A stretch of DNA of 64,000 nt from Octopus sinensis (GCF_006345805.1 NW_021824833.1:1-64000), one strand, 5' to 3'. Shown: positions 27,146 to 60,715, counted from the stretch's first letter. The notes: a model not told the origin generated them from the sequence alone. Numbers and translations: made by a program.

Positions 27146-27622
27146 AAAAACGCAATAGAGGACAATAAAACATTCGTTCAGATAGACGATACAAATGCGG
27201 ACAGGAAAAACAACAATTAGATGCCTACTTTCTTCAGTCATGTTAACAGATGTCCTTCCAGTTTCGGACAGTTACACTTGAGACTGTTCGATCTGGTTGC
27301 CCAAAAAAAAGTCTAAGCTAAAAGCATTAGATGTCTTTTGTACACCATATTCTCCGTTTTTTGTCATTGTTGCTCTACACATTCGCTAGGTTTCTTACAA
27401 AAGACATCTAATGCTCTTAGCTTAGACTTTTTGGGAGCAACCAGATCGAACATTCTCAAGTGTAACTGTCCGAAACTGTAAGGATATCTGGTAACTTGAC
27501 TGAAGAAAGAAGGCCAATAATGACACGCCCCTTTTTTACCTGTCCCTCTAATTCTTGTTTTCCCTGTCCGCCTTTGTATCGTCTATCTGACCGAATGTTT
27601 TATTGTCTCCTATTGCGTTTTT
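27146..27622. repeat. Foldback element: about 200-bp inverted arms with a 53-bp spacer
   Basis: 27146-27342 is the reverse complement of 27396-27622, with an extra block of about 35 bp in the right arm; flanked by (TA)n. Confidence 0.85.
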
Positions 27623-27706
27623 ATTCCATTTTTTTATATTTCTATATACAAATAGCGGCATAGTACACACTTGTGTTCATCTAATAGTATGTATGTATTA
27701 TATATA

Positions 27707-27769
<63 letters not shown>

Positions 27770-27852
27770 GGTCCCGGGTTGATTCGGGGTTAACCACAGT
27801 AAATAAGGTACTCAATACATAGCAGAGTAAAATTAATTTATTATATAGAAGG

Positions 27853-27903
27853 AGCTTCTACAGGACTAGAACTGTTTCATTCAAGAGAAATCATCAGGAA
27901 GCT
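27853..27903 (-). ncRNA. Identical hammerhead motif in the inverted terminal-repeat copy
   Basis: Exact reverse complement of 29440-29490. Confidence 0.8.
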
Positions 27904-28435
27904 AGTTAACAAGAATTGTATTGGCATTTATACATTTAGGCGGGTTTAAAGGGGTGGTGGTGGTGGGGGACTTTTTAGGGGTAGGCATAGCGCAAAAATA
28001 TCATACTTGGGGGAGTGGTCAAGGAGTCAGTGGTAAATTAGATAAAAGAATAAATAAAAGAATAAAAAAATATATAGAAGAATAGAGTTTTAGGTAAATA
28101 AGGAGATTCTCACTTATACATATACACATATGTATATATATATACACACACACACACATATACATACACACATACATATACACACACATATATATATATA
28201 CATATACATATATATACATATACACATATATATATATATATACACATACATGTATATATATATATACACACACACATGTATATATACACACACGCCCACA
28301 CATACATATACACACAAAAATTATATACATACACACACATACACACATACACACACATATCTACATACACACATGCACACACAAGTCCATATATACACAC
28401 ATGTATATATATAATAATATATAATATATATATAT

Positions 28436-28477
<42 letters not shown>

Positions 28478-29028
28478 ATATATACATATGTGTACCTATA
28501 CATACCTACACATACACACATATACATACAAATACAAACCATTCCCTAATTTTAATTTTATTATTATCTTCATTTATTACTTTTGTTATCTTTGACCGCG
28601 GGTCACAAGCATCTTGGCTATCGTCCCCCTGGGGACGACAGCAAGTCCATTTATCTTTCTACTCGAACACAAGCACTCACTCACGCACGCACACTCATTC
28701 GCACTCACACTCATTCGCACGCACACTCACTCATTCGTACATTCATACACATACACGCACGCACGCGTTATATTCATACATACATACATCTACATACATT
28801 CACATATATACACATACGTACGCGTACCTACAGATTCATGTCTACACGCTTACACATACATACCTCAATACACCCACAATACAATGATTAAAATCCTCCA
28901 TATTAATTATTATCGAGAAAATCTTTAAAGGCTGAGAAATCATTATTTCTAATCTAATAGTCCATACATATACACCAATAAATATATAACACACATACAT
29001 ATACACCTACATACAAATACATACACAT

Positions 29029-29079
<51 letters not shown>

Positions 29080-29439
29080 GTACGTATATATACATAAATA
29101 TACATACACCCATACATACGTACATATATACACATACACACACCCACACATATACATATACATACATATACGCGCATACATACACATACATAAACATACA
29201 CATACACATATATATATACATATATAATACTACAAAATTAGAAAATGGAGAAACATATTTAATATTATCCCATGGTGGGTTGAATTTTTTTATTTATTCT
29301 TTTATCTAATTTACCATTGACTCCTTGACCACTACCCCAAGTATGATATTTTGCGCTATGCCTACCCCCAAAAAGTCCCCCACCACCACCCCTTTAAACC
29401 CGCCTAAATGTATAAATGCCAATACAATTCTTGTTAACT

Positions 29440-29490
29440 AGCTTCCTGATGATTTCTCTTGAATGAAACAGTTCTAGTCCTGTAGAAGCT
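29440..29490 (+). ncRNA. Type I hammerhead ribozyme motif in a Penelope-like terminal repeat
   Basis: AGCUUC-CUGAUGA-UUUC(UCUU)GAAU-GAAA-CAG(UUCUAGUC)CUG-UA-GAAGCU: 6-bp stem I, intact core, 3-bp stem III, GUA cleavage triplet. Confidence 0.8.
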
Positions 29491-29503
29491 CCTTCTATAT
29501 AAT

Positions 29504-29576
<73 letters not shown>

Positions 29577-29611
29577 ACAAAGAGAGACAAAGAGATAGAG
29601 AGAGAGAGAGA

Positions 29612-29680
<69 letters not shown>

Positions 29681-30040
29681 CAGATAGATATAATAAAAGG
29701 GAAGACAAACGAAGAAACGATTATCTTATGAACTCCAGTAGCTTATAGCTTAAAGCTTTTTCCACTACAGGTGTGGCGGAATCATAATTGAGTGCGAGTA
29801 ACACCTTACAGTTACTCAGGCACTCAACTATGAGTCCACCTTAATTTGTTGTGGAAACAGATGTAAGTTAATAGAGTTCGCAAGATAATCTTTTTTCTTT
29901 TGTCATCTCTTTTGTTTTATATAATATGTGTGTGGTGGTGTGTGTGTGTGCGTGTGTTTGTGTGTATGTATGTGTGTTGTATGTATATTTATATATATAT
30001 ATATTATATATATATATATATATTATATATAATATATATT

Positions 30041-30440
30041 GCGCAGGAGTGGCTGTGTGGTAAGTAGCTTGTTACCCCCATATGGTTCCGGGTTCGTCCC
30101 ACTGCGTGGCACCTTGGGCAAGTGTATTCTACTATAGCCTCGGCCGACAAAGTCTTGTGAGTGGATTTGGTAGACGGAAACTGAAAAGAAGCCCGTCGTA
30201 TATATGTATATATATGTGTTCGTGTTTGTCTGTCTGTGTTTGTCCCTCTAGCATTGCTTGACAACCGATGCTGGTGTGTTTATGTCCCCGTTACTTAGCG
30301 GTTCAGCAAAAGGGACCGATAGAATAAGTACTGGGCTTACAAAAAGAATACGGTCCGGGGTCGATTTGCTCGATTAAAGATGGTGCTCCAGCATGGCCGC
30401 AGTCAAATGACTGAAACAAGTAAGAGTAAGAGTAAGAGTA
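30041..30440 (+). mobile_element. CORE-like tRNA SINE (family C), full length. Other copies at 3225-3380, 12210-12370, 14055-14210, 35110-35545, 36070-36190, 43060-43400, 48030-49010, 52750-52865, 55380-55725, 56385-56800
   Basis: Head gtggctgtgtggtaag...ggttccgggttcagtccc (A/B-box-like), core caccttgggcaagtgtcttctactatagc, internal (AT/GT)n, tail gactgaaacaagtaaaagag. Confidence 0.88.
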
Positions 30441-30482
30441 TGTGTGTGTGTGTGTGTGTGTGTGTGTATTTGTTTCTCTTTC

Positions 30483-30887
30483 ATCTCTTTTACTTGTTTT
30501 AGTCATTTGACTACGGCCATGCTGGAGCACCGCCTTTAGTCGAGCAAATCGATTCCAGGACTTATTCTTTGTAAGCCTAATACTTATTCTATCGGTTTCT
30601 TTTGCTGAACCGCTAAGTTACGGGGACGTAAACACACCACCATCGGTTGTCAAGCGATGATGGGGGTCAAACACAGACACACAAGCATATACGCACACGT
30701 ACATAAATATATATATACATATATACGACGGGCTTCTTTCAGTTTCCGTCAACCAAATCCACTCACAAGACTTTAGTCGGCCCGAGGCTATAGTAGAAGA
30801 CACTTGCCCAAGGTTCCACGCAGTGGGACTGAACCCAGAACCATGTAGTTGGTAAGCAAGCTACTTATCACACAGCCAATCCTGCGC
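30483..30887 (-). mobile_element. Family C SINE, full length, inverted relative to 30041-30440
   Basis: Reverse complement of the same consensus. Confidence 0.88.
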
Positions 30888-30927
30888 CTTGTATGTGTAT
30901 ATATATATATATGCGTGTGTGTGTGTT

Positions 30928-30958
<31 letters not shown>

Positions 30959-31789
30959 ATGTAAGTATGTATGTATGCATGTATGCATGTATGTATGTAT
31001 GTATGTATGTATGTATGTATGTATGTATGTATGTATGTATGTATGTATGTATGTATGTTATATGTATTTATATATATGTATAATGTAACCACATGTGGAT
31101 TGTTGGCGATTTTTTCCTCCGTCTTCCTTTTCTCTTGGACTTTCCTCTGTCTCCTGTTTCTGAAGAAGAGCTTTGCTCGAAACGTAAATCCACCTTTCTT
31201 TCCTTCTCTGAGCGTCTGCTAATACTTTACTTGGACCACATCCTCACATTGCTGGGTTTTTTTCTCTGTTTGATCTCAGCCACGTTACCACGTGACGTAG
31301 TCAACGAACGAGTCTCTTCATCCTAACGATATGCAGGATTGAACCCAGAGCCATTACAAAACAGTCTGACCTGACAGTCCTGAATCGTACAAAAGTAACA
31401 GGATGCATCCAAGTTTCTAAGTTTAGTCGTTGTTTGGATGGAGATTGCGCGAAGCCTCCTTCTTCGAAAGGTGTTCAGACAACACACACGTGCACACATA
31501 ATGCACACACACACACGTACGTACACACATGTATGTGAATATATGTTTTGTGTGTGTGTGCGCGTGAGAGAGAGAGTGTGTGTGTGTATGTGAGTGTGTG
31601 TGTGTGTGTGTGTGTGTTCGTACGTGTGTGTGCGTGAGAGAGAGAGAGTGTTGTGCGTGTATGTGTTTGTATGTGTGTGTGTTCGTACGTGTGTGTGCGT
31701 GAGAGAGAGATATAAAGGGCGTTTTTTGTGAATCTATTATGAGTTACCTCCCTTAATAAATAGCAAGTGAACAGAACTTGTGTGATAAC

Positions 31790-31824
<35 letters not shown>

Positions 31825-32589
31825 ACCTGACAGAACGAGGTCCCTTTAAGATGACGTCCCCTTCAACACAAGTCATCACTTTGTCCTGTTCTGGCTAAAC
31901 AATGGGCTCTTGGTGTCAGTAGTCGGGTGTTTGCTCCAACGAGGAACGAGGAACCATATCCTCCAAAATTTCACCCTAGCGTCTTATACAAAAGAAGGAA
32001 CATATTAACCAGTGTGATTGTAGATGTATAGAAAGACAGGATTGCCACAGCCGGAACGCTTTTGATCGTTGACTAATCTGGAGCTAAACAACGCTAACAA
32101 CTATGTTAACGGCGACACCGCTTGTTCTGAGTTACGTCCCTTGGTATAGTCTGAGGCTTGTAAGAGTGCTCTCCCTTACAATTATATAGCTTTAATTCTT
32201 TCCTGAGAATTAAGTTATCAATAAACTGTCAATACATTTATCACTCTAAGGTAAGCAGCGGACTTTTAAACCCTGGTTGACAAACAAGTTTCCTTTTTGC
32301 ACAGGTGGGACACTGAGGCGCGAAATGTTGCTGCAGAAACAGAACGTCCAAGGCTAAGTCAGTGAAGGAAATTGGAGCTAAGTTGGACTCTAACTTTACA
32401 TAGGCCAATTAATTATTCTAGTTGACGATCCGTCGACATCGTAATAAGAAGCCATTAAGAAGTCAGCTGAACTTCTCTGAACTACAAAGAGGAGCATTTT
32501 GGGGAGGGAAAGAGGATATCTTGCTTATCTAAATCCAGTCATAATAGAATCTTCTGGAAGACACATGGTGCATCAAGGAAGAAAGGTTT

Positions 32590-33330
32590 ATTTCACAGAA
32601 ACTGAAGTTATAGAAGTGATGAAAGCGTTCAAATGTGGCGAAGCCGTAGGAAAGGATAAAATTCGGCCTGAGATGTTAAATGCCTTAAACAGATATAGAG
32701 CAACATTTATATACAGACATAGAAATATTTGCCCAAGTAGAGACATGTGACCATTCGTAAAAGAACTTTGCAGAAACCAGAAATTTCTCTTTAAACCCAA
32801 GACACTGCGAAATCCTACACAGCATGTCGTTCAATACATGGCCATATGCCTTTTCGACATCTACAAAACAAGGGTACACCTCTTCGCAATATTTCTATCG
32901 TTTAAGGCTACGAGCTGGCAGAAACGTTAGCACGCCGGGTCAAATGCTGAGCAGTATTTCGTCTGCCGCTACGTTCTGAATTCAAATTCCGCCGAGGTCG
33001 ACATTGCCTTTCATCCTTTCGACTTCGATAAATTAAGGACCAGTTGCGTACTGAGGTCGATCTAATCGACTGGCCCCCTCCCACCAAATTCTCGGGCCTT
33101 GTGCCAAGAGTAGAAAACAATATTTCTATCGTTTATCGAAGACCTGCCATAGAGTAAATATCTGGTTGGTTGTGCCGTGTCCTGAACGGAAGCCACACAG
33201 CTCTTCAACAAGTTTGAGCGCAACACTTTCCCTCCATCTCTTTCCCAGACCTCTAGCGTAGATTTTACTAGTGATGTTCAATAAGGAGATTCCCTGTAAA
33301 TCAAATATTGTCTCTAGCTTCTCTTTTATA
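32590..33330. mobile_element. RTE-type RT remnant in two opposite orientations
   Basis: Plus: EVIEVMKAFKCGEAVGKDKIRPEML. Minus: QGISLLNITSKIY, GFRSGHGTTNQIFTL, FVDVEKAY. Confidence 0.75.
32905..33117 (+). mobile_element. SINE-A copy with a perfect 18-bp TSD, inserted into an RTE fragment
   Basis: caatatttctatcgttta at 32887-32904 and at 33118-33135. Confidence 0.9.
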
Positions 33331-33770
33331 AAAAAAAAAATAGTGGTTATCACTCTGCATCGCCATTGTATGTCATTGTAACTGTATCTACATTATTAAA
33401 GACATTTGCGTTAAAAGTGTTCGAATGATTAAAATCCTCCATATTAATTATTATCGAGAAAATCTTTAAAGGCTGAGAAATCATTATTTCTAATCTAATG
33501 TGGTTCAGTTTCTTGTCTTGAATCTCATCCAAATCTGCTCACGTAACAATCATTATATTTATCACTCTCACAAAATAATATGATTATATTAATCATCAAA
33601 CAAGATACGACGATATAAATCATTACACGTTGTAATTACATTAAGAGAAGTAATGATAAAAGCATTCAGTAGCCGGTGTCGTTGGAAATATTTCCCCAAC
33701 AGGAAATTATGCCGGTGACATGAGTAAAAAGGTTTTCGAAATTGAATTCATTCAGAAAGACTTTCACTTA

Positions 33771-34136
33771 TCTCTCTCTATATAAAGCTGAAGTTGTCTG
33801 TGTATGGCAGGTTTGGTAGCCTTCAACTAACACTATCTCCTCCGAGACCCTGCGGCGCAAGTTGACCAAAATTGAGAGTACGATACAAGAAGGTTTGCTC
33901 TTCCTTCCGTAGAAGAAAAAATTAAAATCGGACCATGTTAACCCCAAAAAGTTACATCAAAATGGTGCTTTTTTTCTATGAAAATCCCTATTTTTTACGA
34001 TTTTTTGACTGCTGTGTCACCGTTTTTCGGTGTATTTCAACCAGAAAAATGTTCACTTAAAGAGAATAACAAGCTACATAATGCAAAATTCTAAAGGGTC
34101 GAAACAAACCCGAGCAACGCCGGGCGATACTGCTAG
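33771..34136 (+). mobile_element. Non-autonomous Helitron
   Basis: A|TC start, subterminal hairpin cccgagcaacgccggg, CTAG|T end; second copy at 53859-54248 on minus. Confidence 0.85.
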
Positions 34137-34321
34137 TATATAGATACGTCCTCTTCTATGTTCAAACCATCGTAAAAGAAAAACGAGAAACATCAACCAG
34201 CCAAATAATCATTACCTATCAACTTTGGTGCTTCAAAGTGGTTGCTTGATCTGCTAGATACAGTAATCAAATATCAATGAAATCATTCCCGGAAGACAGC
34301 CATTAACAAAATTTCCCCCAA

Positions 34322-34366
34322 GACACCTGATGAAGGCTGGAGAGTATATCCGCCGAAAGTTGTGTT
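34322..34366 (+). ncRNA. Minimal hammerhead motif, one core base (C15.2) missing
   Basis: GACAC-CUGAUGA-A-GGC...GCC-GAAA-[C]GUU-GUGUU with a 5-bp stem I. Confidence 0.55.
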
Positions 34367-36236
34367 AACAACAAACAGGATGTGGACAAATATCCGTCAA
34401 ATGTAAATAATGTAAATAATAGCAACTTAACTTTTACATTTGAATTAGTGTTACTTCCAACTATACTTTTTTAGCTGATGACGGTTCACCGTCAACTGAT
34501 ACGAGATCCCAGGTGCAGAAAATACCCGTGAGTAAACATTTAGATCTTTGCCCAACAAACAAACACCCCAAATACCAATTTTTCCTTTAATATCAAAGCA
34601 TCGGGTACACCTCTGTCTAATTCTGATTACATAAGGAAAATATATTCATTAAGAAATACAAACCAAAGCTAAATAATTTATAAGAACGCAACAGAATGAG
34701 TATATACACTAAACAATTACAAACAACGAAAATACAGGAAGTCAAAAGCTGAGGTAACGGGTTCCTTCCGAGACTCGGAACCCAAACTTCAAATACCTGT
34801 GTAATTACACTTTTCCGATATTACTGGCTGATGTCATCCTAGAAACTTCTCAGCTGGCCCCTCGTAATGTTGTAAGTTATTGAGGTAGTGGGACGCTCTT
34901 TATCCTGTATCAAATAGGACGAGAATAAAACTGGTGACACCATAACGCACACACACACATCCTTCCCACTGAAAGAAAACGTTTCGAGACGCCACTACGT
35001 CACTGGTAATGATTTCTCCTGTCACCGCTCATACTGGAGCATTGGTGTCAATTCCTCGATTCGTTCCGGCGAGTAAATAGCAGCCAGATTCTCTGAAATG
35101 TTATCATAACGAATGAGTGGCTGTGTGGTAAGAAGCTTGCTTACCAACCACATGGTTCCGGGTTCAGTCCCAGTGCGTGACACCTTGGGCAAGTGCCTTC
35201 TACTATGGTCTCGGGCCGACCAAGGCCTTGTGAGTGGATTTGGTAGACGGAAACTGAAAGAAGCCCGTCGTATATATGTATGTATATGTATATGTATGTG
35301 TGTACGTATTTGTGTGTGGGGGGTGTATGTTTGTGTGTCTGTGTTTGTCTCCCCAACATCGCTTGACAACTGATGCTGGTGTGTTTACGTCCCCATAACT
35401 TAGCGTTCGGCAAAAGAGCCCGATATAATAAGTACTAGGCTTACAAAAGAATAAGTCCTGGGATCGATTCGCTCGACTAAAGGCGGTGCTCCAGCATGGC
35501 CACAGTCAGATGTCTGAAACAAGTAAAAGAGTAAAAGAGTAACGAAAAATTAGCCAAGGTACGCTGGAGTGTACAAAAAGACTGTATTGCCGCAGCTGGA
35601 GCTCTTATGATCTTGGGTTTCTTTCAATTATAAATGAGATGCAGCTAAAAAAAATAGTCACAATAAGAACAACAACAACGACGACGACGACCATATATTT
35701 TTCCAGTTTGGTAAAAATGCAACCTTACGCAGTTATCTCCCACAACATAGTCTTGCGCTGTAAGAGTGCTCTCCCCTGCAAACATATCGCTATAGTCTAT
35801 GCTGAATCAAGCTTTTCTACATCGATATGATAATAATAATAATAATCCTTTTTACTAAAGGCACAAGGCCCGGAATTTGTGGGGATGGTGATAATCGATT
35901 ACATCGACCCCAGTACTCGACTGGTACTTAATTTATCGAACCCTGAAATGATAAAAGGCAAAGTCATCCATCATGCTAACAACTCTGCCTGCTCGCTGCT
36001 CAGCCGGTAGCTGAGGAGTACAGGGTTCGATTCTCGTTGCTACCTGCTGGCAACTATTGATAGACGCAGACATGGCTATGTGGTAAGAAGTTTGCTTCCC
36101 AACGACATGGTTCCCCGGGTTCAATCTCATTGTGTGGCACCTTGGGCAAGTGTCTACTATAGCCTCGGACCGACCGAAGGCATGTGAGTGGAGAAGCCTA
36201 ACGAGTATATATATATATAGAGAGAGAGAGACATAC

Positions 36237-36285
<49 letters not shown>

Positions 36286-36311
36286 TACACGCACACGTGT
36301 ATATATATGTC

Positions 36312-36361
<50 letters not shown>

Positions 36362-36481
36362 TAAGGGAGCGAAACTACAAGGACTTTCCGTAGTCCGGTT
36401 GATGAGGAAATCGGCTGCGAATGATCCTTGTTTTTGTCCTGTTTGCCGTTTGTCACACACACACAAACACACATATAGTGA

Positions 36482-36583
36482 ATAGAATTATTTACATTAT
36501 TTACATTTGACGGATATTTGTCCCCTCTTGTTTGTTGTTTCAGCTGATATACCCTCCTCTTGGGGAAATTTAGAACCTGGGTT

Positions 36584-36618
<35 letters not shown>

Positions 36619-36690
36619 GGTCACTGGCTGGAATCGAACTCGGAATCTTGAGGTTAGTAGCTTAACCACTACGCCATATGCCTGTGGACA
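36482..36690 (-). mobile_element. tRNA-headed short element with a (TAA)n linker and a tail homologous to the hammerhead repeat at 34305-34420
   Basis: A-box TGGCGTAGTGG, B-box GTTCGATTCC; tail aaatttccccaag...ggacaaatatccgtcaaatgtaaataatgtaaata. Confidence 0.7.
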
Positions 36691-37153
36691 ATAATGGAAT
36701 GGATTTTTAGGGCTTATAAATCTAATATTATCCTATCCTTCCTTAACACCGGTTCCCATATGCTACTTATATCTACACTCGGTCTGCTTAGGATGCTGGT
36801 GTGTCCTAGCATATTTGCTGCTTCTTTTAGTTTTCGTATTTTCCAGTGTCTATTATTTTAACTTCATCCCACAGCGGGTGGTGGTTTCCATTTTTCCATA
36901 CATGATCAGCTATACCCGATTTATCTGTACCCGTCAAATGTAAATAATGTACATAATTCCTCATCTCTTAAATATAGAAATGTAGTGAATAAAAGTTTTG
37001 AGTTTGCGTGAAAACAAGAGCATTGCCATTTAAGTCTATATAATTTATGATATGTGTGCATGTTACTTCATACAATTATGAAGCCAAACTCTGGGTCACA
37101 ATATTCCACATACGGTAGAGATATGGAACAGAAGCTGAGACAAAACTGTTGTC

Positions 37154-58977
<21,824 letters not shown>

Positions 58978-59077
58978 CAAAATGGCGGCCAGGTTAGCTG
59001 CTCTTGAGTATGACCAGAGGATCGGATGTCGCTGTGCCAGAAAAAGCTGCAGTAATGCTTTCTCGTGTTTTCATTGG
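58978..59077 (-). promoter_or_regulatory. Putative KHK 5' UTR/proximal promoter with a YY1 motif and a CCAAT box
   Basis: GCCGCCATTTTG (58978-58989, minus) directly precedes the ATG; CCAAT lies at 59073-59077 (minus). This is a short unique island between long microsatellite tracts. Motif match only. Confidence 0.45.
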
Positions 59078-59185
59078 TTAATATAATAAAAATATACGCT
59101 GTTCCATCATCACTGGAGCTATTTTCATAAAACATCAACTCCTCCACCATTTATAGACATAGTTACTACAACAGTCTACAGTTAC

Positions 59186-59217
<32 letters not shown>

Positions 59218-59369
59218 CTACGGCAAAACAGTAATACTTATGCGCAAGGCATATTATGTATATACATCCATGTAAATAGAAAGATGGATAAATGTACGTC
59301 TGTGAATATTACAGCTGTTTTTCTCTTCAGTCGAGTATCTTCTTATACGCTATGTGAATCTTCATTTAA

Positions 59370-59374
59370 TTAAG

Positions 59375-59427
<53 letters not shown>

Positions 59428-59596
59428 TTTCACATACCTCCCTCTCCCGCGCTCTTTCATTCATCTTATTCCAACTAGATTTTCTCTTATCTTCCGTCCT
59501 CATTATCTCCCTCCCTCCCTCTCTCTCTCTCTCTTTATTCTCAACTCTTATATTTTCGTTCTCTTTTCCTCTGAATTTCTTTCACTCACACTCTCT

Positions 59597-59652
<56 letters not shown>

Positions 59653-60660
59653 CTCCATACCACTCTTTATCGTCTATCTCCATCTTTTTCTCTCCACACA
59701 TTCTTTATCGTTTCTTCCCCACACTCTCTCACTCTCTCTCTCCCTTTCACTCTCCCTTTCACTCTCCCTTTCACTCTCCCTCTCTCTTCCCACTCTCTCC
59801 CTCTCTCTCTCTCCCTTTCACTCTCCCTCTCTCTCTTTCTCTCTCATCTACCCTATTTCCTTCTTTCTTTCTCTTACATTCTTTCTCTCTATACCTCTTC
59901 CATTTCTGCTCTTAATTCTCATTTCTATATTCTTTTGCGCTCTATATTCCAGTTCCCTTCTTCTTCTTCTTCTTCTTCTTCTTCTTCTTCTTCTTCTTCT
60001 TCTTCTTCTTCTTCTTCTTCTTTCCTTCCTCACCCTCGTCTTCTTCTTCTTCTCCTTCCTCATCCTCTTCTTCTTCTTCTTCTTCTTCTTCTCCTTCCTC
60101 GTCCTCGTCTTTTTCTTCTCCTTCCTCACCCTCGTCTTCTTCTCCTTCCTCATCCTCTTCTTCTTCTTCTTTCTCTTCTTCTTCTTCTTTCTCTTCTTCT
60201 TCTTCTTTCTCTTCTTCTTCGTCTTCTTTTCTTCTTCTTCTTCTTCTTTCCTCTTCTTTTTTCTTCTTCTTCTTCTTCTTCTTCTTTCTCTTCTTCTTCT
60301 CTTCTTCTTTCTTCTCTTCTTCTTCTGTCTGCTTCTCTCGTCCTTCCGTCTTCTTTTCTTCCTTCTCTCTTCCTCGTCTTCTTATTCTCCTTCCTCGTCC
60401 TCTTCTTCTTCTTCTTCTTCTTCTCCTCCTTCCTCCTCCTCTTCTTCTTCTTCTTCTCCTTCCTCATCCTCTTCTTCTTCTTCTTCTTCTTCTTTTCTTC
60501 TTCTTCTTCTTCTTCTTCTTCCATTCACACCTCACACTTCTTGCATGTCTTCTTGCATTACACACGAGATATTTTGTTTTACTGCAAAAGTAATTAACAC
60601 GCATTATAATCAGGCATGTGACAATAGAAGATGCAGTGTGCCGTGATGCGTAAGTGTTAG

Positions 60661-60715
<55 letters not shown>

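Larger units (their letters stand above)
27766..29512. repeat. Inverted pair of about 235-bp Penelope-like pseudo-LTRs (27831-28070 and 29285-29512) around microsatellite DNA
   Basis: Near-identical reverse complements by eye, both bounded by (AT)n. Confidence 0.8.

Noticed and set aside
31255-31475. Strong acceptor-like tract followed by a Cys-containing open frame
   Set aside because: All three frames from the acceptor hit stops within 20 codons, and the pyrimidine tract is part of a PLE-type repeat.
33350-33536. 60-codon minus-strand frame MDEIQDKK...
   Set aside because: No recognisable homology, a weak acceptor, and not phase-compatible with neighbouring candidates; noted only as the source of the 76-bp duplicate.
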